Assembly (NCBI GenBank): GCA_964270895.1 | Contig: OZ185435.1 | Direction: 5' to 3' (one strand) | DNA: 64,000 bases | Source of the DNA: Podarcis filfolensis | Taxonomy: Eukaryota | Shown: piece after piece, positions 39,643-51,214 of the stretch | How the letters are laid out: each line of letters starts with the position of its first letter | Position numbering within the stretch: position 1 is the first letter of the stretch | The notes under the pieces: model-generated | What the model was told of the DNA's origin: nothing | What the model saw: only the letters and a program-made list of their open reading frames with translations | The model's database searches: none | Translations under genes and position numbers: made by a program

Positions 39643-39763
39643 AGGTAAAGGTAAAGGTACCCCCTGACCGTTAGGTTCAGTCGCAGACGATTCTGGGATT
39701 GCGCGCTCATCTTGCTCTATAGGCCGAGGGAGCTGGCGTTTGTCCGCAGACAGCTTCCGGGTC
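39643..39763 (-). mobile_element. Sauria SINE 3' fragment
   Basis: (AAAGGT)n tail plus about 100 bp of the 3' body. Confidence 0.85.
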
Positions 39764-40807
39764 TCTCCCTCAGAAACTGCTCCTTTTATTCCCCCCCCCA
39801 GTGCTGTCCCTCCCCCCCCCTTTCTGTCTAGCTGACTCTGTAGCCAATCGGAGAGAGGTTCCAGCACTCTGGTGGAATTTCAGGCAGACTGCATCACCAG
39901 ACTCTGGTCTGACTCTGCTGTCTGTCACAAGCCCCCAAAGGACCTCTTCAAACAGAATGAATGGCAATATGGCAAATGAAATTCAATGCAAAAGGTGTAA
40001 AGTGATGCATGTCAGGGCAAAAGAATTTATTTTCACATATAAGGTCATGGGGTCTGAAGTGGCTAAGCAGAAAAGAGACCTTGGAGTCGCAGTGGATAGC
40101 TCAATGAAGATGTCGACCCAATGTGTGAAAAAGGCAAATTCCACGCTAGCGGATCATTCTGAAAGGAACTGAAAATAATACTGTTGATATATAATACTTC
40201 TGAAATATTCCTACATTGCAGGAGATTGGACTAGATGACCCTCGGGATCCCTTCCAACTCTACAGTTCTATGATTCTATAATGCCATTATGCAAAAAATG
40301 TGGTGCAACTGCATTGGGAATACTGTGCACAGTTCTGGTCACCTTATCTCAAAAAGGATATTGTAGAACTGGAAAAGGTTGGGAAAAGGGCCACCAAAAT
40401 AATCAAGGGGATGGAGTGACTCCCTTACGGGGAAAGATTACAGCATTGGGGACTTTTTTGTTTAGAGAAAATGTGATTAAGAGGTTAATTCTTTCCATAA
40501 ATGTCATTTATTCAACCCTGTCATTCTCAGCCACCCAAAGGTCTCTTACTCCCTGAAATAACCCAACCTCCTGGATTGCCTCTTATTTAAGCACTTTCTC
40601 AGATCTCAACATTTACAGGTAGCCTTCGGCTTATTCCCCTAATCCATCTGCATTATTCTAACTGAAATTAATACACATTCTTTCCTTGCTTACTTTTGCC
40701 TCCATTTAACCCCTTCTTGTTTTGGTTCCCTGTAGGAACCTTGGAGCATACTCCCCCTCCCCCGACAAAAGTACACTATCATGTTTTTGTAAACAGCTTT
40801 GCGAGGT

Positions 40808-40810
<3 letters not shown>

Positions 40811-40854
<44 letters not shown>
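40811..40854. repeat. (AT)n microsatellite
   Basis: Direct reading. Confidence 0.98.
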
Positions 40855-40857
<3 letters not shown>

Positions 40858-43049
40858 GGTGTATATACATTTTATGAAATAATTAATTAATTAAATATTT
40901 ACCTGGCTGGGAAACGCAGCCAAATGGGAGGGGTATAAATAATGAATTATTATTATTATAAACTATTATACCACAAGGAGTCTGCTGTTAAATGTCCCAC
41001 AAGATGCCTTTAAAACCCACCCCCAGTTAATGTCATATATTCAATTTGCTCTGAAGGAATCCTATTCCTCAGAAAAATAAGTGGATTTTACTGGTAAGAT
41101 TAACATAAGATTGGACAGACTTATAATGGCATTCCCAAGTGGTCAATGCTGCATCTGATTCTGATCAACATTTCCATCAGTTTATTGGTTAAAGCAGCTG
41201 GCAATATATAAGCTGCTCAAAACCAAACAAAAAATGCAGGATTGAACAGACTTTGTTACTCCAAAGGGGTGGGCACTGCAGGGAAGAGGTTTTGGGTTAA
41301 CCCCTTTAACAGTAATTCAGCAGTGAATTTAACAAGAGGCTTAGAATGATCAAGGATGCTGTAGTTTCACTCGAGGTGGCAAATCCTTCATTGATCAGAG
41401 GGACTAGATGACCTCCACAGTCTTTTCTAACTCGGTGGTTGTATGTGCTATCCTGCCTCGTAACGGGCCAGTGTATTTCAGCAGGATTCCAAAAGTTACA
41501 CTACCTATATAACTTTCTGAATCAATTCCGAGCTGCTATTTTTGATCCTAATATTCTTTGGGCCTCCAACTGGCTCTTCCCCATGGTCTCATCACACTCC
41601 TATCATATTCTCTGTGTTTGGCCAAAAAATCATCAACTATTCCATTAGTTTATGTGTACTACTAGCTCATACTTTTATTTGTTTGTAAGCTGCTTTGAAT
41701 ACCATGTGAACAGCGGAAAATGCGCCACATGAATATATAAATAAGGCTGAGATCCCATGTATACTTACTTGGGAGTATGCTGCATTTGAACCCAGTGAGA
41801 GTGACTTCCAAGTAAATATGCATAGGATTAGGCTGCAAATACCAATTTGGCACAATGGTTTCATACAAAGAGATGTGCATTGTTGACTGTTCCACAGTTG
41901 TAGAGTTCCTGTTTGAAACCTATGGTAAAATATTTGTATTTTGATGCATTTCTAAGGGCCAGGATTAAATTTACATTGAATATGTGTGTTTGTTTTTATT
42001 CTGGTTTGGACTTTCATTTTGAACATCTTACCTTCTATAGTTTTTGTATTTTATTTATACCTTCTTGTTTATATATGCTGTGAGTGGATTCAAATTATTG
42101 ACGAAGAGCTTAATGTCAAAACAAGTTATATTAAAATGATTTTCAGTAGTTATACTTTTTGGTTCTTATAATCAATGACTTCTGCACTATTTGGAAGATC
42201 TGCTAGTGAAATCTCACTGTTTATCACTATTATTAAAATAGAAGAGTTAATTAATCTGTGTAATCTAATATTTTAAAAGTTGCTGTATGAAATGCCACTG
42301 AACTTTTCAAAACAGCACAAGGTCCTTTAGAGTGTATGCATGAAAAACACAGGTGTATGCATATTTTTGTTTATGGTGAGCAACTGTGTTATGGTTTGTG
42401 AATTTGATACTCTGTCAGTTTATTAACATTAATTATCAAGCTCCTATCTTGGCCCTTAGCAATGCAACTGCAAAGCCTGTGTACATGCACTGAAAGTGAA
42501 AGTGGGTACAGTACTGTCATGTGTTTTTGCTGTATGTATTTTAAAGCAATGCAGGTGTGTGAACCTGCAGAGTGATGCAGGGTTATGCAATGCAATGAGT
42601 GAATGTGAATGGAATGTGGGAGAATGCATCGCAGTGTGTTTGCATGTGCTATACACCAGTAATGAGCAAAATTAAACGACCAAAGCTCTTGTGGTTTGAA
42701 TTTAGCTGTTCCAAATACCTGAACGCTGTATTTCTCTTCTTCCATTTCACAACCTTTCTACGCCCTGTCATACCAATAAACTCCCATTGGGCATATGGAG
42801 CGTGCATACAATACAGAGCAGGAAACGTGGTTGCAATGTGAATGAGTCTCTGAGCGATGTGTTTGGAGGGCGAGAATCTGCCCGTCAAATGCAGTAAGTG
42901 CGCGTGCAGTTGCCTGCACGTATGAATGCAGTGCAGTATGTGCCAGTGCAGCGTGATGCAGTCAAGTACGTGTGGATGTAAAAATGGTGACTGATGTTGG
43001 TGTGGGTGCAGTGCAGGTACATGCCGGAAAATGCCGGCATGTTCCGACT

Positions 43050-44450
43050 GCTCCAGGTCCCCGAATATTCCTGCCGTTTCATTTAGTACGGAAAAGAAGC
43101 AATGGGGATTCTGAAGACAGGCGAGATTCAGGTATTTTCTGCGGCGGGGAAAGGAAAGAAAGGGGGGAAAGCACCCTGTTCGGATTCCCCCAGCACCGGT
43201 ACAGCAGGACCTCCCCCAACGCTCCTCGCAGCCCAATCGGATCCGACGGAGGAGGCGGAAAAGAAACAGAACCGAACGAGCCAAGGCATGGCCCGCTCTC
43301 CCGGCGCTCGATTGCTGCTGCCTGAGCCCAGCACTTGAGAAGTCCTCCTCCGGCCAGGAACTCGCCCGCGTTCTTTTCGGCTCCGCCCCGCGCCGAGCCT
43401 GGTTCGTCCGCTTTCCCCGAGGCTCCTCCCCCTCCCCGCCCCGCTCCATGCACTTCTGCTTCGCAGCCCCGCCCCCCGCGCCGCCCCCTCTCCCCGCTGG
43501 CTCCGCCTCCCGCGCGTTCCCTTCTCCCCTCCTCCTCCTCCCCCTTCCCCGCTCTCGCGCTCCTTCTCCCCCCCCTAATTTCCCCCCCACCCGCCTCCCT
43601 GTCAGTGCGGTGGCTGCGCTGGGAAACATGGCGTCGGAGGGGATGATTTTAACGAACCACGACCACCAAATCCGCGTCGGGGTCCTCACAGGTAACGAAC
43701 CGCGACCGCGAAGCGGGGCAGAGGTGGCTACGGGTCGGGGCTCGCGGTCAGGCCGCTCCACGCTGGGTGTCCCCTCAGCCGCCGCCGCCGCCGCCTCCGT
43801 CGTGCCGCTGCCAGCTCCATTGCCACTGCCTCAACCGCCACCTCCTCCTCCTCCTTTCCCGGCCGTGGCTCCGACGCCGCTGCACCCGGAGCCCGAGCGC
43901 CCCTCGCCGGCTCGCGTGTGTGCGCTCTCTCCCTTCGCCCCCCACCACCCCCGGCTTCCTTCCGAGCTCGGCCTCGGCAGCGTCCCCGGCGTCGCCGGCT
44001 GAGGTGGAAGAGAGGGAGGACGGGAAAAGCTGGCTTGGCGGGCGAGCGAGAGTAAGGCTGCTGCTGGTGGGATTGGGCGCTGCTGTTGCTGCCGCATGCG
44101 GGCGGGAGGCTGTTCAGTGCCGCAGCCTCGAGTTCTCCGCTCCCGCTGGGGACTGGCCCGTAAATAACCCGCGTGGAGGGAGGAAGGCAGGCGATTGGGG
44201 GGGGGGGTAAAAAAGGGAGAAGCGGCGGTGTTGGGTTTGCCTCGGGCGCCGAGGGAGATCCAGGTGCTCAGGGAAAGCGGATGCATGGCCAGGAGCGGCA
44301 TGCTCCCCTTGGCTTCCCACAGGCCCCGGAGGAATCCGAGCTGGGCACCCCGCTCCGCTTTCACCGAGGGAGGGGATCGCCTTCAGCTTGGGCCGAGGTG
44401 GCATTCCTTTGCAAAATTTTCCTTTCTTCACACTGGGTCCTTTTCATTCC
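43050..44450 (+). promoter_or_regulatory. GPHN: CpG island / promoter and 5'UTR of GPHN
   Basis: Abrupt switch to very GC- and CpG-rich sequence around exon 1, with GC boxes (CCCCGCCCC at about 43433 and 43467). A second CpG-rich patch lies at about 44600-44830. Boundaries approximate. Confidence 0.85.
43628..43691 (+). CDS. GPHN: Gephyrin, first coding exon (64 nt, ends in phase 1)
   Basis: Translates [21 protein letters not shown], essentially the known vertebrate gephyrin N-terminus (human [21 protein letters not shown]). Good Kozak context (AACATGG) and a 5' splice donor CAG|GTAACG at 43692. Confidence 0.97.
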
Positions 44451-44458
44451 GGAGGAGG

Positions 44459-44459
<1 letters not shown>

Positions 44460-44494
<35 letters not shown>
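44460..44494. repeat. (TG)n microsatellite at the 3' edge of the GPHN CpG island
   Basis: Direct reading. Confidence 0.98.
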
Positions 44495-44497
<3 letters not shown>

Positions 44498-47400
44498 GAG
44501 GCGTGGGGGGAGGGAGGGGGGTTGCTAATGGGTGCAGGGCTGTTTCCAAACGCTGGATGCCACCCCCACCAGTAACATGCCCTTGGTCACCCCCCTCCCC
44601 TCTTTTACCCCCCCTCCCCTAGTGGGACCGATCTCCCCCGCTGCGCTGCCCAGAGGGAGAAGCAGCAGCCGGCGCCTCGTAACCAACCGCCTCCACCTCT
44701 CGTCCGCTCGAGCGGGCAAGTGAGCAGCGAAGGCAGCAGCCAGGGACCCGCTACCGACGCCTCCACACTTTCTCTGGGTGGCACGACAGAAGGGATTGGG
44801 CCCAGCCACCCAGAGGGCGACTCTGTGAGCTGGGTGGCTGCTGTTGGCTCTCCTGACCAGGTGGACAGAAGCAAAGGAAGCTGCAAGGAGCAGCTGCTGC
44901 TGTCGTGTGGTGGATTGAATTGGTTCCATTGCACTGGCCAGAGGGAGCGGGGAAGAGTTGGGTGGCATTGACTGCTTGTTGCCCTGGTTACTTAAGTGCA
45001 CAGGTGACCAAGCAACAGAGGTGGCAGGTCATGTGTTGATTGGAATTGAACCCAGTAGGCCTAGTCCTCCCAGCTGTGCCAACTAGAGAAAAGGAGTGAT
45101 TGAGTAGGGGCAGTGACTCTTGCTTGCCACTGCCACTTGCTCACCAGCCTGCCCAAGCAGCCACTGCCACTTGTTTCCCGGCTCTCTCTGAGCAGCAGTG
45201 TTGGAACCAATTCTCACCATCACCTGGAGAGAGAGGTTGGTTAAGTGTTCTCCTTGCTGCCTGCTTTGGGCCCCACTGGAAGAAGGTGGCCTGTACACAG
45301 AAGCAGGGAACCAATACATCTTGTGTGGTGACTTTTCTTTTTTGGCTTGTGGCATTCAGAGGCAGATAGATACTTAGGGTTGGTGTCAGTGAGTGTGCCT
45401 AACGGGCTGGGATCTTGGCAGTTGCCCAATGGAGGCTGATCTCCAATACCAGCCTTCTGTTCACTTGGGAATTTTCTTCCAGGGCATAACTCTCTAGTGA
45501 GTATGTAGTGTGGAACTTTGATTCCCCCCTTCCCATTTCTCTTTTTGGTGATATGGCTGCCTAGATGTCTGTCTTAGATAGCTGAAGACAAAGCTAGAGG
45601 GTTTGAATGATCTATGAGATTAAATTGGAAGTGTGTGTGATGATCAGTAGGAGGGGGAGGCAGGCCAGTGGGAGTTGGAAAACCCTAGAGATTTTTCTTG
45701 CACGTATTTTCATATTCCTTTTAATTGAGACTGGGTGAGAGCCACTCTCTGTCCCCTGAAGGAATCTTGTTACAGAATGTGAGAAGATAAAACAGCTGAA
45801 TGAGAAATAGAACAGCAAAGTATTTTTTTTTTTTGCCTTGTGGTATTAAATAAAAATGCCTCTCCTCTTTAAAAAACAAGGTTCTGTATTCATGTACTGC
45901 GTACTTGGCTGCCCCAGATTTTGCGGGAGCCTATGGCCTGCCTATGAATAGCAACTTGGAACCTTCCTGAGTGTGAATGTGACTGGGAAATCCCAGTCTG
46001 ATGATGCGCTGTTCTCTTCTCTTGGTACTGAAACTACCAGCCTCTGATTTTCATCTTCAGTAGCTGCCAATAGAATGTAGTTGTTAGGCTTGAAATTCTC
46101 TTCCTTTTCCTTCTGTCAAGCCTTTCTTGCAAGAATATTGTGGCAGTGTACAAAGTTCTAGAAGCCGCTGCTGTAAGAAAAACATAAATCTTAATGATGC
46201 TTCGGCATTGTAGACAACTGGATCGTTAAATATGGCAGATGTGGTTTGGCAAGGTATGAAATTCAAACTGCTGGAATTGTTTTGCCTTCCTATTTGCATA
46301 TTTTCCTTATCTATACTCTCAGAGGCAGGGGTTCTTACAGAAGTCACATAAATGTCTAGGGGGAAGTATATGCAAATACATTTTGAATTTTGTTTTGTGG
46401 GGCCAGGTTTACTTTATTAAATGGTAGTTCTGACCGCCTTTATGTTGCATTTGGGAATAATGCAAACCCAATTGTTTGACTTCATCATTTTTAAGAAAAA
46501 TTATAAAAACAAACGATGGTTGTACAGGATATATTCTTCTTGAAAAGTAATCTGTCTTAGTGTAATGATTTTCTTGCAAGTGTTGCAAGATTTCTTTATT
46601 TGTCTGGTTGGTGTAATTCCTGTTCTACAGAAAGATGTGAAACTGATTCAAAAGACATATTATTTTAACCTGAATGTTTTCTGTGTTTTTTAAGTTTTGC
46701 CTCCTGTAATTTAATAATTACAGTTTGATGGATGTTTATTAGAATTGCAGATGGAATCTGTAGGTATTATCAAAGTAATTTATGATGTAGAACCAATTTT
46801 AATTCCTCTGGATTTGGTATAATCATCGCTACTGTGTTTCTTATGTAGCATTTTAGAAATAATTGGAAGTTAGTTTATTGGTTTAGTATGAGCTCTTCAT
46901 CTTTCAGTTGTTTCATATTCATAAAGTTTTATAAAAGAGTCTATAAGCATCAATATTTTAATGTACTATAAGTGTTGCATTGATTGGTTAGGCAAATGCT
47001 AAAAGTACTGATAGGTTTTTCATAGCAATTATATTGAAGTATGTTATTATTCTTTCCTTTCATTGTGAGACAGATACAATAGTTCTATAGTGAATAGTAT
47101 GAAGGTATCTTGTGTGTTTAAGAGCTTTGTCCACAAAACTCTACCTGTTTTATATGTGATCTTTGATAGCATTGTTTGTCAAGACATTTAAAAATACAAT
47201 TAAAAATATAATTTGTTGTAAAAGTTAAATCCTTACCTTTTGGTTACTCCCACAATTCAATTCAAATTTTAAAAAATGTCTTAGTGCTTTCTGAAAGTTG
47301 CCAGGTTAGAGCTAAATTGCTAAATTTTGGGGGAAGTAAATTAATCAACTGTAGGGCAACCAGTAGGAATGTTCTGTAGATTAGTGCAGTATATTGCTGT

Positions 47401-48651
47401 TATCATGGTTGAGGGTGTTTGGTTAACTTTAGACACTGCAACAATACCAGGTCTCCTAGCTATGTTAAGCCTTGTCCAGAATGTGTTCAGGGACCTAGAA
47501 AAATATTCCAACTTCTTTAGCACAACTCCCCCCCCCCCGGCCTGTCTAATTCCTTAAGGTTTCTTAAGGTTGCAGTCCTATGCCCATTTAACCTAGAAAC
47601 AAGGCCCATTAAACTTGGGACTTGCTTCTGAGTAGACGTATAGAATTTTATTGTAAGAGCCCTCAAGTGAGTGGTTATTTATGAATGTTTCATGGGTATG
47701 CAAATAATTACTGGAACATGTAGTATTACTTGACCAGTGCTGCTATAATATAGAACGTGGTTGGAATGTAGGCTAATATATGTCTCGTGATAGTTTGGTA
47801 TTTAGAAATACATGGTTATAATTTATTTTTCTGTTCACTTTTGAACTATGGTTATAAAGTAAATAATGTTACTAACATCTATGCTCTTTTTGTGAATGTT
47901 GATCACTTTGAACTTTTTGGCTTAGCTGATCTCAGTGCAGTGGCTGCAGAAGTGTAGCCTGGAAATAAGAGTTAATAGCTAGAACCATTGAGTGATGGAT
48001 TTGCTACAATAGTGAAATAAGGCTTGAGATATTCCTCATCACCAAGGAGCTCTGAGTACTACATGTAGTCTATCCTGAAATTATTGAGTTAGTAAACTTA
48101 CAGCCTAGACTTAAGCAGGATTTTGGAAGTAAGTTCCATTAATGCCATGGAACTTGTTTCCTGATATATGTGAATATGGTTCAGATTCTGACTGGTCATC
48201 TACCATGTAATTGGAAAACAATAATAATGCTGCAAAAATCATCAATTTCTCTTGGTTTCAGATAAGAGAAGGTATCAGTTGCTGTAAAAAAACCCCTACT
48301 GTATGCACTTACCGTACTTTAAGCATCCATTGGCCAGGAATGATTTCAATTAAAACCACACTGTGTGCTTTTCACCAGAACACTCTTACTTAATTTTTTT
48401 CCTACCCAGGAATCATAGGCATAGTTCTGGTGTAATCTAGGACATGCTGCTGTCAATTTCATCACCCCCTTAGTGGAAGGTAAGTAGTTAGGACTTCCAT
48501 ACTCAGTGCAAGTGCAGCAACCCTATTTAATGGGCACAGGGAGAATAAATGGCATGTTTACTTTGCCAATGTGTTCTTTCAAGTCAAATCCATACTCCAA
48601 TAGTGGTTTTTGTTCTTTGCAAAGATAAGGTAATGGCAAAGTTTTCTAAGC

Positions 48652-48938
48652 CAGGGGTTCCCAAACTTTCTACCCCACAGCCCACTTGAAAGGGCAGAAA
48701 ATTGCAGAAGCCTATCACTCACAAAACAGGGGCACACAGCGTGTCAATAACGTTGGCAGATAGAGGAAGTATTTGACATCATCCGTTCGCAATTGCCAAC
48801 ATAATTTTCTATTAATAACAAATCAATAGGAGGGGGTGGGGCAGGCAAGTGAGGAGGCACCTGGCAGACAGTAGCATTGAGGCCCAGCTGAAAATTACTC
48901 AGGACCCAGGCTCCCAGTTCACTGTCTGAGAATCACTG
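48652..48938. mobile_element. hAT-Charlie-like MITE
   Basis: CAGGGGTTCCCAAACT...TGAGAATCACTG ends; TSD TTCTAAGC / GTCTAAGG (6 of 8). Confidence 0.65.
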
Positions 48939-50235
48939 GTCTAAGGTATGGCCACCTTGCTCACCCAGTATTTATTAGAGGGGGAAATTGCAATAGGAGT
49001 TGGGAGTTCAGCAACATCAGGAAGACCACAGCTTCCCATGTTTTTAGTTCATGCACTGCTTGTGGTCTTCACAGAGGCATCTGGTTTCCCATTGTGGCAA
49101 ACAGGATGTTGGACTTTATGGACCTTTGGACTGAGCCAGCAGAGCATTCCTATGTGTGTCTTGTTTACAGCCTTCCATAGTCACAGTTTGGAAAGCCATT
49201 TTAGGTGCACCCAAGGGCCTGAGCATTCTGAGTGAAACTTCTGACATCTTTCTTTGACCAGTAGAGTTCTCTTGCTCCATCATACACTTTTTAAACTAAT
49301 CTCAACACACACACCCTTTTAAAAAGGAAACAGTTTTGTGGTTTAGGATGCAAAAGCCCTGCTTGGTATACTGAGTCAGCAGGGGTGCTGTTTGGTACTT
49401 TTCATATTTTTGAAGATGTGAAGCTAGGAACTTCTATTTCTCCCTGGATTCAATATAATGTACTATTGGCATTCCTCTTCACAGCAATGACTATAGTTGT
49501 AAACTTATAAACGGATGCATTTGCGCATTAAATACATACGCACACATACTGATTACACATTCAAGTATGCATCCAATCATCATTTAATTACATCTTATTC
49601 TTAACACTCCATCTTATCTTGACACAGGAATGTAAATACTATGCTTGACATTTAGTTCTAATCTAGTTGTCTAGGGTCTCTATTGGACAGAGTACAAGGA
49701 GTAAGATTGGAATGTACAGGTAAACAGGTACATATAATCTCATAATTTATTATTTCTAGATGTTTGGTGCCAGATACTGTCTAACTTGCTAAGCAACTCC
49801 CTCTAATGTTTTAACCCTAGAATATATGTATCTCTTTCATGTATACTGGAGTAGAAGATAACATTTAGAGCATTTTAATGCTATTATATGTGTCCTAAAG
49901 TTTCAGGAATCTGAAGGTATAGTTTAACTATGCCCTTCATTCCTAAGATTGGGCAAGTTTTCTTCCCTCCCGAAAGTAGCAGGGAAGTGGCAAAATCACA
50001 TAAATGGCGTTTCCATATGAGCAGTCAGTCAAGTGGGAACCGTGACTCATATGCTAAGTACCATAAGCCTTTCCAGACCTGGTGAACTGCAACTCTGATT
50101 ATCCCAAATTGTTAGCTATACTGGCTGGGACTAATGGGAATGACAAAATAGCTCAGGGGTACCAATTGGAGAAGGCTGTTTGTTAAATCATTTTCTCTCT
50201 CTCTCTCTCTCTCCCTCCCCCTCCCTCCCTATGCT

Positions 50236-50616
50236 GGGATGCGGGTGGCACTGTGGTCTAAACCACTGAGTCTCTTGGGCTTGCCGATCAGAAGGACAGT
50301 GGTTCAAATCTCTGCAACAAAGTGAGCTCCCATTGCTCTGTCCCAGCTTCTGCCAACCTAGCAGTTCAAAAGCACACCAATGCAAGTAGATAAATAGATA
50401 GCGCTGTGGCGGGAAGGTAAACAGCATTTACTTGTACTCTGGCTTCTGCCATGGTGTTCCATTGCATCAGAAGCAGTTTAGTCATGCTTGCCATATGACA
50501 CGGAAATCTGTCTGTGGACAAACACTGGCTCCCTCGGCCTGAAACGAGATGAGCACCACACCCCATAGTTGTCTTTGACTGGACTTAACTATCCAGGGGT
50601 CCTTTACCTTTTACCT
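50236..50616 (+). mobile_element. Sauria SINE
   Basis: Same head, body and tail as 13289-13645, more diverged. Confidence 0.92.
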
Positions 50617-50968
50617 ATATATATGATGGAGAGGAAGGTTTATATTATTATTGCTTGCCTTGCAGTATGTTAAGTCCCCAGACAGGTTTATAAGCCTACA
50701 TTCAAATTGAGGGCTTTTTCTAGGAGATGCTAAACTTTCTTCAGTCTTCTTTGTTTCTTAAATCAGAGTATTTCTTTGAGATTTTAATCCTTTAAATTAC
50801 CCTTGTTTTGGCAATTCACATTGTCACTTTGCCTCTTCCCCCCCACCCCAAAATGAGATCACCATCTGATCCCAAAGTGAGATTGCTGGCTGCTGCTTTC
50901 CATGTGCCACTTTGTCTTCCCTCCCAACCCCAAACATGTAAGTTCAAAGCTAGCACAATACCTTGTAT

Positions 50969-50971
<3 letters not shown>

Positions 50972-51011
<40 letters not shown>
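50972..51011. repeat. (AC)n microsatellite
   Basis: Direct reading. Confidence 0.98.
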
Positions 51012-51012
<1 letters not shown>

Positions 51013-51214
51013 AGTTTTTGTAAATATTATTTTTTGCCACTATTGCAGGGGTTGAGCACCATATGTATTTGTTGTGTCCAATTACGAATTGCTATTAAAA
51101 ATGTGCTATTAACAGTGTGTCACAGATGTGAACTATGCATTAGTTCATGTGTTTCAAAAAAATAAATCAAATGTGCAACTTAAAAAAAAGCGACTAAACA
51201 TTCTGTTGTGGCGC

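Larger units (their letters stand above)
38490..39929 (-). mobile_element. Older, larger LTR-like element hosting the solo LTR and a SINE fragment
   Basis: TG/CA-type ends, a CCAAT box near 39843 and minus-strand AATAAA near 38555. It interrupts colinear CR1 sequence. TSD not resolved. Confidence 0.5.
37000..40470 (+). mobile_element. Old CR1 RT/C-terminal region split by several insertions
   Basis: Colinear CR1 pieces: NFQQAFDKVPHQRLL (37066-37200), VAR/FVGD (37769-37852), KLFRVLKTKRDCE (about 38058-38102), QKDL...CKVMH (39932-40200), EYCAQFWSP...KIIKGME (40280-40470). Confidence 0.8.

Noticed and set aside
42649-43761. 370-aa antisense ORF over the GPHN promoter
   Set aside because: It starts at GTG rather than ATG, is low-complexity G/R/A-rich, and is the expected product of stop-codon depletion in a CpG island joined to a TGCA repeat. 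No recognisable domain.
43692-44002. Read-through of exon 1 into the intron (ORF 43448-44002)
   Set aside because: Proline-rich translation of GC-rich intron after a good donor; no reason to treat it as coding.
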